Shown: piece after piece, positions 17,544 through 26,627 of the stretch
Layout: every line of letters starts with the position of its first letter
Position numbering within the stretch: position 1 is the first letter of the stretch
From: an uncultured Alphaproteobacteria bacterium
GTDB lineage: Bacteria; Pseudomonadota; Alphaproteobacteria; RF32; CAG-239
Length of the DNA stretch: 64,000 bases
Direction: 5' to 3'
NCBI GenBank assembly: GCA_944393225.1
Contig: CALXZK010000001.1
Location: 109,522-173,521 of the forward strand
Translations under genes and position numbers: made by a program
Notes under the pieces: model-generated
Databases searched by the model: none
The model's input: only the letters and a program-made list of their open reading frames with translations
Told to the model about the DNA's origin: nothing

Positions 17544-18704
17544 ATGACAAATAAACCAAATAAACCGATTAACTTGTTTGATGTTCAAGCATCTCAAAAA
17601 ATTATCGGTCAAGAAAACTTCTTGAATGCTTTTAAAACTATTTTGAACCACGGCGGATATGCTCAAGGTCCGGAAACTAAAGAATTGGATACTGCTTTGG
17701 CTAACTATTCCGGTTCTAAATATTGCTCTACCTGCGGTTCAGGTACCGATGCTTTGACCTTGGCTTTGATGGCTTGGGATATCAAAGCCGGCGATGCCGT
17801 TTTCGTTTCTTCTTTCACCTTTGTTGCTTCTGCAGAATGTGCTGCTATCGTTGGCGCTACTCCGGTATTTGTTGACTCTAAACCTGATACATACACCATG
17901 GATCCGGCTGATTTACAACGCGCTATCGACGAAGTAAAGAAAGAAGGCAAGCTCACTCCGAAAGTTGTTATCCCTGTTGATATTTTCGGTTCTCCGTGCG
18001 AATATGATGAAATCATTAAAATTGCACACGCTAACGGCATGAAAGTTTTGTCTGATGCCGCTCAAAGCTATGGTTCTGTTTACAAAGGAACAAAAGCCGG
18101 TAACATTACCGATATGACAGCTACATCTTTCTACCCAACCAAACCTTTGGCTGCTTATGGTGATGGTGGTGCTGTTTTCTCTAACACTAATGAAGAAAAC
18201 GAAATGGTTAAATCTTGCCGCGTTCACGGTATGAGCCCGCAAGACCACTATGATAACGTTCGTTTGGGTATGACCGGTCGTATGAACACATTCCAAGCTG
18301 CCGTTGTTTTGCAAAAACTCAAAGTCTTTGACCAAGAATTGAAAGATCGTTATACAATTGCTAAAAGATATGATAACGAACTCAGCCCGTATTTCCGCAA
18401 ACAACGCATTTTGGACAACTGCCAATCTGCATATGCTCTCTACACCATTAACTGTGATGACAGAGATGAATTGATGGCTTATTTGAAAGAAAATGGTATT
18501 CCTTGCGGTGCTTACTATCCGCGTCCGGTTCACACTCAAACCGCTTATGCTAAATGGAATACTCGTAGCTTGCCTGTTTGCGAAACACTTTCTAAGACCG
18601 TTCTTTCTATTCCGATGCACCCGTATTTGGATAGTGACGTTCAAGACTATATCATTGAAACTATGAATAAGTTTGCTGAAAATAAAATGAAAAAAGCTGC
18701 CTAA
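17544..18704 (+). CDS. DegT/DnrJ/EryC1/StrS-family PLP-dependent sugar aminotransferase
   Basis: GPETKELD..., CGSGTDALTLAL, TSFYPTKPL (PLP lysine), RVHGM, IPMHPYL. Confidence 0.9.
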   Translation: MTNKPNKPINLFDVQASQKIIGQENFLNAFKTILNHGGYAQGPETKELDTALANYSGSKYCSTCGSGTDALTLALMAWDIKAGDAVFVSSFTFVASAECAAIVGATPVFVDSKPDTYTMDPADLQRAIDEVKKEGKLTPKVVIPVDIFGSPCEYDEIIKIAHANGMKVLSDAAQSYGSVYKGTKAGNITDMTATSFYPTKPLAAYGDGGAVFSNTNEENEMVKSCRVHGMSPQDHYDNVRLGMTGRMNTFQAAVVLQKLKVFDQELKDRYTIAKRYDNELSPYFRKQRILDNCQSAYALYTINCDDRDELMAYLKENGIPCGAYYPRPVHTQTAYAKWNTRSLPVCETLSKTVLSIPMHPYLDSDVQDYIIETMNKFAENKMKKAA

Positions 18705-18821
18705 GCTTTAGTTCATATCATAGTTCAGTGAGAAAAAGCTACCTTTTCAGGTAGCTTTTTTTATATCTTCATGTTTATAAAAGCATTAAAAAAAGCCCTA
18801 AATTTTGAGGGCTTTTTGAGT

Positions 18822-19985
18822 TTATTTTTTTTTGCTTAACTGTTTTTCCATTCCTTTATCAATATATTGACGAACATTACTTCCAAATGTTTGACGAATA
18901 TACTGCGTTAAAGCACTGGGTTGTTCTTTATAAGCTTCTGCGGCTGCCTGAGCTTGCAAAAGCTCTTCAATTTTCATTCCCTTTCTTAAAATCTCTCGAC
19001 GTTCAGCAGCCCCCTCAGCCCCACGAACCGAAGCAACGTTGAACAAAATATGTGCTTTGTAAATATTTTTAGGATATTTTTCGCCATTTGCCAAAATGTA
19101 ACCTAATTCCATCATTGAAGGAACATTACCTTGTTTGACCGCCAAATCCAGAACCTTAACGCCATTACCATAGTTTTGCGGAGTTCCCTCGCCGTTCATG
19201 TACATTCCGGACAAAACATACATAGCTTCATCATAACCGGCATTAGCAGCTCTTCTAACCAACTCAAATGCTTCCAGATTATTTTTCTCAACGACGAATC
19301 CTTTATAATAAGCATAGCCAAGCATAAAGTCTGCTGTTGGATTTTGGGTGGCTGATGCTCTTCTAAACAATTCTATGGCTTCATTCGGGCGATAAAAATC
19401 TCCTTGTTCAGAAATATAGATAAAGGCTAAATTGACCATAGCTTCCGTGTTACCTAGCTCGGCAGCTTTTGAAAACATTTGTGTGGCTTTTATAATATCT
19501 CTCGGTGTGCCAATTCCGCTATAATATAAGCTACCTAAATTATTTACGGCAACATTATCATTTTGATTGGCTGCCATTTCATAATATTTGAATGCTTGCT
19601 TATAATCTTGCTCAACTTTGACCGTATCATCTCCATAAAGATACATATACCCCAAAGTTAATTGCGAATTTAGATCTCCGGAATTTGCCATACGTTCCAG
19701 CTTTTGCAAAAGAGTTTCTTCCGGAGAGGTAGTTGTATCCGTCAATTGCGGTTTATTGTCTTTTTTCCAGAAATTTAAAAACGAAAAAATACCTTTATCA
19801 TCTGTTGAAGATGAGCTTGCTTCTTTGGCTGCTTGCTCTTTGGCTGTTTGCTCTTTGGCTGCTTGCTCCTCTGCTGCACTGATGCTGACAACATCATCTC
19901 CGGTTAAAGATAAAACAGCATCTTGGGCATAAGCATTATTAAAACTTACGCTCATTCCCAACAAAAATAATGATACTTTTTTCAT
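18822..19985 (-). CDS. secreted Sel1-repeat (SLR/TPR-like) protein
   Basis: Signal peptide MKKVSLFLLGMSVSFNNAYA and at least 6 Sel1 repeats (e.g. AFKYYEMAANQNDNVAVNNLGSLYYSGIGTPRD). N-terminal (AKEQx)n tandem repeat. The start lies 21 nt after the stop of the upstream 598-aa gene. Confidence 0.85.
   Translation of the reverse strand: MKKVSLFLLGMSVSFNNAYAQDAVLSLTGDDVVSISAAEEQAAKEQTAKEQAAKEASSSSTDDKGIFSFLNFWKKDNKPQLTDTTTSPEETLLQKLERMANSGDLNSQLTLGYMYLYGDDTVKVEQDYKQAFKYYEMAANQNDNVAVNNLGSLYYSGIGTPRDIIKATQMFSKAAELGNTEAMVNLAFIYISEQGDFYRPNEAIELFRRASATQNPTADFMLGYAYYKGFVVEKNNLEAFELVRRAANAGYDEAMYVLSGMYMNGEGTPQNYGNGVKVLDLAVKQGNVPSMMELGYILANGEKYPKNIYKAHILFNVASVRGAEGAAERREILRKGMKIEELLQAQAAAEAYKEQPSALTQYIRQTFGSNVRQYIDKGMEKQLSKKK
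19814..19870 (-). repeat. in-frame 15-bp tandem repeat (x3 and partial) inside the Sel1 gene
   Basis: ctttggctg(c/t)ttgct x3 encodes AKEQTAKEQAAKE. Confidence 0.85.
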
Positions 19986-20006
19986 TGTTCACCTTAAAAA
20001 TATAAT

Positions 20007-21803
20007 TTATCTCTCGGCAGAAAAAGCATTTATAATGCGTTTTACTTGCTGTTGCTTATTATGATAATAACTCTGTTTTTTAGCAAGTATTTTATTATAT
20101 TTCTGTGCATTGAGCGGAGTTTTATCCAATTCCTGCATCATTTCTTGCTCTTCCGTATCGGGAAGGACATCTTCCTCCGGCTGTTCATTGGGTGCATCTT
20201 TCTTGAACATGGCACTGATATGTTTCTGATTTTCAGCTTTGTTAAAATATGCAGCCTCGGTACCATCAATACGTCCGTTATATTTAGGCAAAATAAATTC
20301 GGCATAGCGATTGAACAAATCATCCAATTGAGCCTTGGTTATAACAAGCCCTAAAGATTTTAATTCTTTATCGGTAACATTAAACTTTTGCTTCATATCA
20401 AAAGCCTTAAACGGACGATACATAAAATTATCTTGGATAAACTTGGCAACAATTCGATGAATCTTTTGTTCTTTGCGATTAATCGGATTGATGCTTTGGG
20501 CATCAAAATCTTTGCCGTTAGCTCTTTTAGCATCTTCCAAACGGAAAGCTTTATCCAAAACTTGCAGATTTGCTTCGCGGATTTTTTGTTTATTCACTCT
20601 TTGTGCTTCCATTTGTTTTTCAAGGATGCGCATTTCAACAATTTTTTTATCGCCTTCGGTCAAATAGCGTCCTTTATTTTCTTCCCAAAAACGCGTTCCG
20701 TTATTTTTGGTATTTTGATGGCTTATCAGCAAAATATTATCGTTGCGGCTTTCATTATTTTCTACGCCGGCATAGATATCATGAGTGATAACATCACCTT
20801 CATAAAGTTTGGTTATTTTAATTTGAACTTCAATTTTCACACCATCGACGGTTAAATAAAGTCTTTTTTCACGATAGTTTTTGGTTTCATAAGCGCTACT
20901 GACATTTTGATTGCCATGAAACGTATCTTTAATTTCTTTTTTATCAACCGCATATTGAGGATCATTGGCAAAAAGCTGCAAAGATTCTTCCGTATCTTGA
21001 TAATATTTACGGCAAATAGTAAATCTGAAAATGTCTTTTAAGCGTTCATGCGGCAACGAAAGTTTGTTTATTTTCTTTTGAATTTCAGGCTCAGCTTCTT
21101 GCAAAGCTTTTGCATATTCTTCCGTTCCTTTAGAATATTTTTTAGCTATTTCTGCCTCAATTGCAGTTCTTATTTTTTTCTGGTCTTTTTGAAACTGCTC
21201 ATAATATTTTCCACCGCGAGAAACGACATTACCTTTTTTATCATATACCGGCATTTTGATTTTATCTATGGCGCGGCGAATGTCTTTCATTCCGGGCATA
21301 ATCAGGTAGAGCGGATTATCTCGGAAATCATAAAAAGTTAAACGCATTGAGGTAAACGGCGTGATATGCTTGGTTTGATATTCCTTGTTTTTAGGCATGT
21401 TGCGGTAGGTTGAAGAAACAACATTTTCTTCAATCTTTCCGATATGCAGGTCTATGGCATTGATTTCATCAGGAGCAATTTCTTCTCCCAATTCCTCTAA
21501 TTTTCTTACCTTTTCTGCACGATATTTTTGCAAAATTGAATGGCTGATTTTTTGCACCATGTCATTGATGATTTTTGACGGGTTGGCGCAAATTTTTTTC
21601 AAATATTCAGCTGCCGCTGAATCTATCATACCCTTTTTCTCAGCAGTATTGATATATTCAAAATTATAGGCATTAATCTTTTGTTGCAGATTGTTAATTT
21701 CTTCTGCACTCAGATATTCAATATCTTTTGCCTTTATTTCCAATTTTTTATCATTTTGGAAAGCGTCATCAATTTTTGCAATCAGTTCTGCATATTTTGC
21801 CAT
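20007..21803 (-). CDS. hypothetical 598-aa protein with a possible RelA/SpoT-like nucleotidyltransferase core
   Basis: AAAGGTGA RBS; Lys-rich. Residues ~255-344 read LKDIFRFTI...KNYREKRLYLTV..IEVQIKITK...THDIY, which resembles the D-x-G-R-I / GYRS-H / E-Q-R-T string of RelA/SpoT domains. Everything else is unassignable. Confidence 0.6.
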   Translation of the reverse strand: MAKYAELIAKIDDAFQNDKKLEIKAKDIEYLSAEEINNLQQKINAYNFEYINTAEKKGMIDSAAAEYLKKICANPSKIINDMVQKISHSILQKYRAEKVRKLEELGEEIAPDEINAIDLHIGKIEENVVSSTYRNMPKNKEYQTKHITPFTSMRLTFYDFRDNPLYLIMPGMKDIRRAIDKIKMPVYDKKGNVVSRGGKYYEQFQKDQKKIRTAIEAEIAKKYSKGTEEYAKALQEAEPEIQKKINKLSLPHERLKDIFRFTICRKYYQDTEESLQLFANDPQYAVDKKEIKDTFHGNQNVSSAYETKNYREKRLYLTVDGVKIEVQIKITKLYEGDVITHDIYAGVENNESRNDNILLISHQNTKNNGTRFWEENKGRYLTEGDKKIVEMRILEKQMEAQRVNKQKIREANLQVLDKAFRLEDAKRANGKDFDAQSINPINRKEQKIHRIVAKFIQDNFMYRPFKAFDMKQKFNVTDKELKSLGLVITKAQLDDLFNRYAEFILPKYNGRIDGTEAAYFNKAENQKHISAMFKKDAPNEQPEEDVLPDTEEQEMMQELDKTPLNAQKYNKILAKKQSYYHNKQQQVKRIINAFSAER

Positions 21804-21863
21804 ATTTCACCTTTTTGTCTATTACAGCAAAAGATTATACACGATTTATATGTTGAATGCAAA

Positions 21864-21897
21864 CAAAAAAAGCTCCCGCCTTTTTCTGACGGGAGCT
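21864..21897 (-). terminator. terminator of flagellin gene 1
   Basis: Stem agctcccg/cgggagct with a T7 run on the minus strand. Confidence 0.85.
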
Positions 21898-21914
21898 CTT
21901 TTGTTTCATTCTGA

Positions 21915-23291
21915 TTAGAACAATTGCAATACGGATTGAGATGCTTGTGAAGCCAAGCTCAAAGAGTTGATTGCAAGTTGTTGTCTGGTTTGCAATGCCA
22001 ACATATTTGCAGATTCTTCGTTCATATCTGCCAATGTCAAGTTGTCAGCACCTTCAGTCAAGACGTTGATCAAATTGTCGGTAAATTCTTCTCTGGTTTG
22101 TACGATTGAGTAGTTGTTACCGAAATCTGATGCCATAGTACGCAATTTGCTGATTGCATTTTCAACTTGGCTGATTGATGCATCAATATCAGCATCTTTT
22201 TGCCAATCGTTCTTAACTTCTGCCAAACCCAAACCTTCTGAGCTTGCATCTACACCTTTAACCTCAATCTTAGAAGAACGGTCTTCATTGAAGATTACGG
22301 TTAAGTCGTTTTCTTGCAACAAGTTAATACCTTTGTAGCCGGCATCTTTTGCCAAAGAGTCGATTTGAGACAAAATCTCATTGAACTGTTTAGCATAATC
22401 TACACGTTCTTGAGTAATTTCAGTCGGGTCACCAGCTTTTTTAGAGCCACTTAAACCAACTTCTTCAAGAGTAGCTACGTCAGCTTCTGTTTTACCGAAA
22501 ACGCGGAATTCCATACCTTTGGCTGTGATTGCAACTTTCTTGCCATCAGCTTCTGCGGTTAAGCCTGTTGCACCAGCATCATTAAGAGCGGCTGCAATTG
22601 TAGCAGAGTTTGCACCATTACCGTCAGATTCCAAAGTAACTTCTACAGCTGCACCAGTCGTGTATGTCATATCTCCGTTAACCCAAGAAATATCTGAGCC
22701 ATCAGTTGAGGAAACTTTTACTTTTTTACCATTTAATTCTGCATTTAAGCCCAAGCCTTGCAATTTTGTTACGGCGTCTTGTGCAATTGCATCGGCATTA
22801 CCACCTGCCAAAGTAATTTCATGGCCTTCACCATCGGCAGTATATACCGTGAATTTTTTACCTGCAGCTTCAGCAGAGAAATCTAATTCAAAAGCACTCA
22901 TGTCTGCTCTGGTATCTACAACCAAAGTAGCATCTACGCCTTTTGAAATATCTTTTGAGGTAATTGCATATTTATCAAAATTGCTGGCTGCATCACGAGC
23001 TGAGTTAGCAATAGCTTTGGCTTGCTCTGCAAATGAAGTGATAGTTTCAATACCTTCGTTGGCGGCTTTAATGGTTTGTACACCTTGACCCATGCTGTCC
23101 AACAAAGCGCTCAAGTCATCGGCACGGTTATTTAAGGATTGTGCTGTATAATATGATGACGGGTTGTCGATTGCTGAGTTTACTTTTTTACCCGTAGAAA
23201 GGCGCTCTTGAGTCATATCCATCAAACTTTGAGTGGATTGTAAAGATAACAAGTTAGAACGCATACTTGCTGTTAATGATATATCTGCCAT
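21915..23291 (-). CDS. flagellin (paralogue 1, 458 aa)
   Basis: Conserved flagellin N-domain (MADISLTASMRSNLLSLQ...RLSTGKKVNSAIDNPSSYYTAQSL) and C-domain (...LALQTRQQLAINSLSLASQASQSVLQLF), with a variable centre. Confidence 0.95.
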   Translation of the reverse strand: MADISLTASMRSNLLSLQSTQSLMDMTQERLSTGKKVNSAIDNPSSYYTAQSLNNRADDLSALLDSMGQGVQTIKAANEGIETITSFAEQAKAIANSARDAASNFDKYAITSKDISKGVDATLVVDTRADMSAFELDFSAEAAGKKFTVYTADGEGHEITLAGGNADAIAQDAVTKLQGLGLNAELNGKKVKVSSTDGSDISWVNGDMTYTTGAAVEVTLESDGNGANSATIAAALNDAGATGLTAEADGKKVAITAKGMEFRVFGKTEADVATLEEVGLSGSKKAGDPTEITQERVDYAKQFNEILSQIDSLAKDAGYKGINLLQENDLTVIFNEDRSSKIEVKGVDASSEGLGLAEVKNDWQKDADIDASISQVENAISKLRTMASDFGNNYSIVQTREEFTDNLINVLTEGADNLTLADMNEESANMLALQTRQQLAINSLSLASQASQSVLQLF

Positions 23292-23433
23292 TGTTTTTCT
23301 CCCATATACTGTGGTTGTTTTCTTGTGAATGTTTTTCTAACATTACAAGAGTTAGTATATCACAAAAATCTCGTTCAAACAAGACTTTTTATATACGCAT
23401 AAAAGTTTATGATAGAAATTATTAATTTTTTCT

Positions 23434-23471
23434 AAAAAAAAGCTCTTATCTTGCAAGATAAGAGCTTTTTT
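23434..23471 (-). terminator. terminator of flagellin gene 2
   Basis: 13-bp stem agctcttatcttg/caagataagagct, flanked by A7 and T6 runs. Confidence 0.85.
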
Positions 23472-23488
23472 GTTGTTTTGACAATGTA

Positions 23489-24895
23489 TTAGAACAATTG
23501 CAATACGGATTGAGATGCTTGTGAAGCCAAGCTCAAAGAGTTGATTGCAAGTTGTTGTCTGGTTTGCAATGCCAACATATTTGCAGATTCTTCGTTCATA
23601 TCTGCCAATGTCAAGTTGTCAGCACCTTCAGTCAAGACGTTGATCAAATTGTCGGTAAATTCTTCTCTGGTTTGTACGATTGAGTAGTTGTTACCGAAAT
23701 CTGATGCCATAGTACGCAATTTGCTGATTGCATTTTCAACTTGGCTGATTGATGCATCAATATCAGCATCTTTTTGCCAATCGTTCTTAACTTCTGCCAA
23801 ACCCAAACCTTCTGAGCTTGCATCTACACCTTTAACCTCAATCTTAGAAGAACGGTCTTCATTGAAGATTACGGTTAAGTCGTTTTCTTGCAACAAGTTA
23901 ATACCTTTGTAACCAGCATCTTTTGCCAAAGAGTCAATTTGAGATAAAATCTCATTGAACTGTTTAGCATAATCGATTCTTTCTTGGGTTACTTCGTTGG
24001 CATCGCCGGCTTTTTTTGAACCGCTCAAACCGATGCTGTCTGCTGTTGCACCAAAGATACGGAATTCTTTGGTCGAATCTTTTGCATATACAGATACGGC
24101 TTTACCATCGGCTTCAGCTACGATGAGGTTACCAGCACCATCAGTTGTATCGTTAAGAGCTGCTGCGATTGTAGCAGAGTTTGCTCCTTTAGAAGCATCT
24201 AAGTTAACTTTCTTTGCTGCAGAATCAGATGCTGTTAAGCCAGCTGATCCATCTGCTTTGCTTCCATTTACCCAAGAAATATCAGAACCATCGGTTGAAG
24301 AAACAGTAACCGTTGCGCCATCTTCACCGATTTCAGCATTCAAACCCATCCCTTGCAATGCGGTTACGGCTTCTTGAGCTGCCAATTTTGCTGTTGTTGC
24401 ACCAGCGCTCAAAGAAACTTCTTGACCTTCTTGATCGCCAATATAAACGGTAAATTTCTTACTTGCATCTGATGTTGCTGTAAATGTGATATCAAAAGTG
24501 CTCATATCTTCGCGGCTATCTACAAAAACATCACCGGTTACACCTTTGGTGATTTCATCTGATGTGATTGCAAATTTATCAAAGTTAGAAGCTACATCAC
24601 GAGCTGAGTTGGCAATAGCTTTGGCTTGCTCTGCAAATGAAGTGATAGTTTCAATACCTTCGTTGGCGGCTTTAATGGTTTGTACACCTTGACCCATGCT
24701 GTCCAACAAAGCGCTCAAGTCATCGGCACGGTTATTTAAGGATTGTGCTGTATAATATGATGACGGGTTGTCGATTGCTGAGTTTACTTTTTTACCCGTA
24801 GAAAGGCGCTCTTGAGTCATATCCATCAAACTTTGAGTGGATTGTAAAGATAACAAGTTAGAACGCATACTTGCTGTTAATGATATATCTGCCAT
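23489..24895 (-). CDS. flagellin (paralogue 2, 468 aa)
   Basis: The N-terminal ~100 aa and C-terminal ~170 aa are essentially identical to paralogue 1, down to an identical antisense 74-aa shadow ORF in the track (22114-22338 = 23688-23912). The centre is divergent. Confidence 0.95.
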   Translation of the reverse strand: MADISLTASMRSNLLSLQSTQSLMDMTQERLSTGKKVNSAIDNPSSYYTAQSLNNRADDLSALLDSMGQGVQTIKAANEGIETITSFAEQAKAIANSARDVASNFDKFAITSDEITKGVTGDVFVDSREDMSTFDITFTATSDASKKFTVYIGDQEGQEVSLSAGATTAKLAAQEAVTALQGMGLNAEIGEDGATVTVSSTDGSDISWVNGSKADGSAGLTASDSAAKKVNLDASKGANSATIAAALNDTTDGAGNLIVAEADGKAVSVYAKDSTKEFRIFGATADSIGLSGSKKAGDANEVTQERIDYAKQFNEILSQIDSLAKDAGYKGINLLQENDLTVIFNEDRSSKIEVKGVDASSEGLGLAEVKNDWQKDADIDASISQVENAISKLRTMASDFGNNYSIVQTREEFTDNLINVLTEGADNLTLADMNEESANMLALQTRQQLAINSLSLASQASQSVLQLF

Positions 24896-25056
24896 TGTTT
24901 TTCTCCCATATACTGTGGTTGTTTTCTTGTGAATGTTTTTCTAACATTACAAGAGTTAGTTTATCATAAAAATCTCACTCAGACAAGATTTTTTAACATG
25001 ATGGATTTACTTTAAATGACATTTATTAATTTTTAGATAACAACTTTTACGACTAT

Positions 25057-25095
25057 AAAAAAAAAGCTCTTGTCTTTGTGGACAAGAGCTTTTTC
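25057..25095 (-). terminator. terminator of flagellin gene 3
   Basis: Stem agctcttgtc/gacaagagct with an A9 run upstream. Confidence 0.85.
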
Positions 25096-25111
25096 TTGCT
25101 TCGTTTTATTA

Positions 25112-26518
25112 TTAGAACAACTTCAAAACAGCTTGGGATGCTTGAGAAGCCAAACTCAAAGAGTTTACACCCAATTGTTGTCTGGTTTGCAATGCCAACA
25201 TGTTTGCAGATTCTTCGTTCATATCTGCCAATGTCAAGTTGTCGGCACCTTCGGTCAAAACATTGATAATATTATCTGCAAAGTCTTCTCTGGTTTGAAC
25301 GATTGCGTAGTTATTACCAAATTCTGAAGCCATAATTCTCAATTTAGAAATTGCGTTTTCTGTTTGAGAGATTGAGAAATCAATATCAGAGTTCTTTTGC
25401 CAATCTCCTCTTGCCTCAGACAAGCCCAAGCCATCAGAACTTGCATCAACACCTTCTACTTCCAACTTAGAAGAACGGTCTTCATTGAAGATTACGGTTA
25501 AGTCATTTTCTTGCAACAAGTTAATACCTTTATAGCTAGAATCTTTTGCTACGTTATTAATTTGTTCCAAAATATCGTTAAATTGTTCTGCGTAATCAAT
25601 ACGTTCTTGCTTAACTTTAGTTGCATCACCGGCACCTTTTTCTGTTGCACCGCCCAAAGCTTCCAAAGCAGCTTGGTTTTCCGGAGTGTTGTCAGCAAAA
25701 ATGCGGAATTCCAAATCTGTAGCCGTAATAGCAACCATTTTGCCATCAGGATCGGCAACAATGCCTTTGGTTGCAGCTTCAGATGCAGCATTGATAGCAC
25801 CTGCGATTGTGGCTGAGTTTGCACCTGTTGTAGTATCAAGTTCAACAATGATGGCTTGATTATCGGTATATGCAATACCATCTGCATCATCATTTATCCA
25901 TGAAACAGCCGTACCATCAACCGTAGATACTGTAATTTTTGTTCCTGCCTCATCTAGCTCAGCATTCAATCCCATCCCTTGCAACTGTGTAACGACATCG
26001 GCAGCAATTGTCTTTGCATCAGTAGGGGTAGCTAAAGTTTCAATGGTCTTTTGAGTACCATTTTCCATATATACGGTAAATTCTTTATTATTCTCACTTG
26101 CGGCAATTTCCAGATCGAAGGTTGTTAAGTCTTCACGACTATCCAACATAATTGTACCTTCAACCGGTTCGGTTACCTCATCAGTGGTAATTGCATATTG
26201 ATCGTATATACTTGCTACGTCTCTTGCGTTATTGGCAACTGCTTTTGCTTGTTCTACAAAAGAAGTAATGGTTTCGATACCTTCATTAGCGGCTTTTATG
26301 GTCTGTATTCCTTGACCCATACTATCTAACAAAGCGCTCAAATCATCAGCTCTGTTGTTCAATGACTGTGCTGTATAATATGAAGACGGATTGTCGATTG
26401 CTGAATTTACTTTCTTACCTGTAGCCAAGCGTTCTTGTGTCATATCCATTAAGCTTTGAGTATTTTGTAACGATAACAAATTCGAACGCATACTTGCCGT
26501 TAATGATATATCTGCCAT
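25112..26518 (-). CDS. flagellin (paralogue 3, 468 aa)
   Basis: Same architecture as paralogues 1 and 2. The termini are more diverged (e.g. ...GVNSLSLASQASQAVLKLF). Confidence 0.95.
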   Translation of the reverse strand: MADISLTASMRSNLLSLQNTQSLMDMTQERLATGKKVNSAIDNPSSYYTAQSLNNRADDLSALLDSMGQGIQTIKAANEGIETITSFVEQAKAVANNARDVASIYDQYAITTDEVTEPVEGTIMLDSREDLTTFDLEIAASENNKEFTVYMENGTQKTIETLATPTDAKTIAADVVTQLQGMGLNAELDEAGTKITVSTVDGTAVSWINDDADGIAYTDNQAIIVELDTTTGANSATIAGAINAASEAATKGIVADPDGKMVAITATDLEFRIFADNTPENQAALEALGGATEKGAGDATKVKQERIDYAEQFNDILEQINNVAKDSSYKGINLLQENDLTVIFNEDRSSKLEVEGVDASSDGLGLSEARGDWQKNSDIDFSISQTENAISKLRIMASEFGNNYAIVQTREDFADNIINVLTEGADNLTLADMNEESANMLALQTRQQLGVNSLSLASQASQAVLKLF

Positions 26519-26627
26519 TTTCTAAATCTCCCCTTCGTGGATAATATTTACCTTTTGTTAATATTCAATACCGAATTTTTTTTATTTATCAGCTGTTTTA
26601 TAAATTTATCCACAAGTTAATGAGTAA

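Noticed and set aside
23292-23488. A sigma-28 (FliA) promoter, TAAA-N15-GCCGATAA, upstream of the flagellin genes.
   Set aside because: I could not find the motif in any of the three upstream regions. Candidate -10-like TATACT elements have poor -35 spacing, so no promoter call was made.
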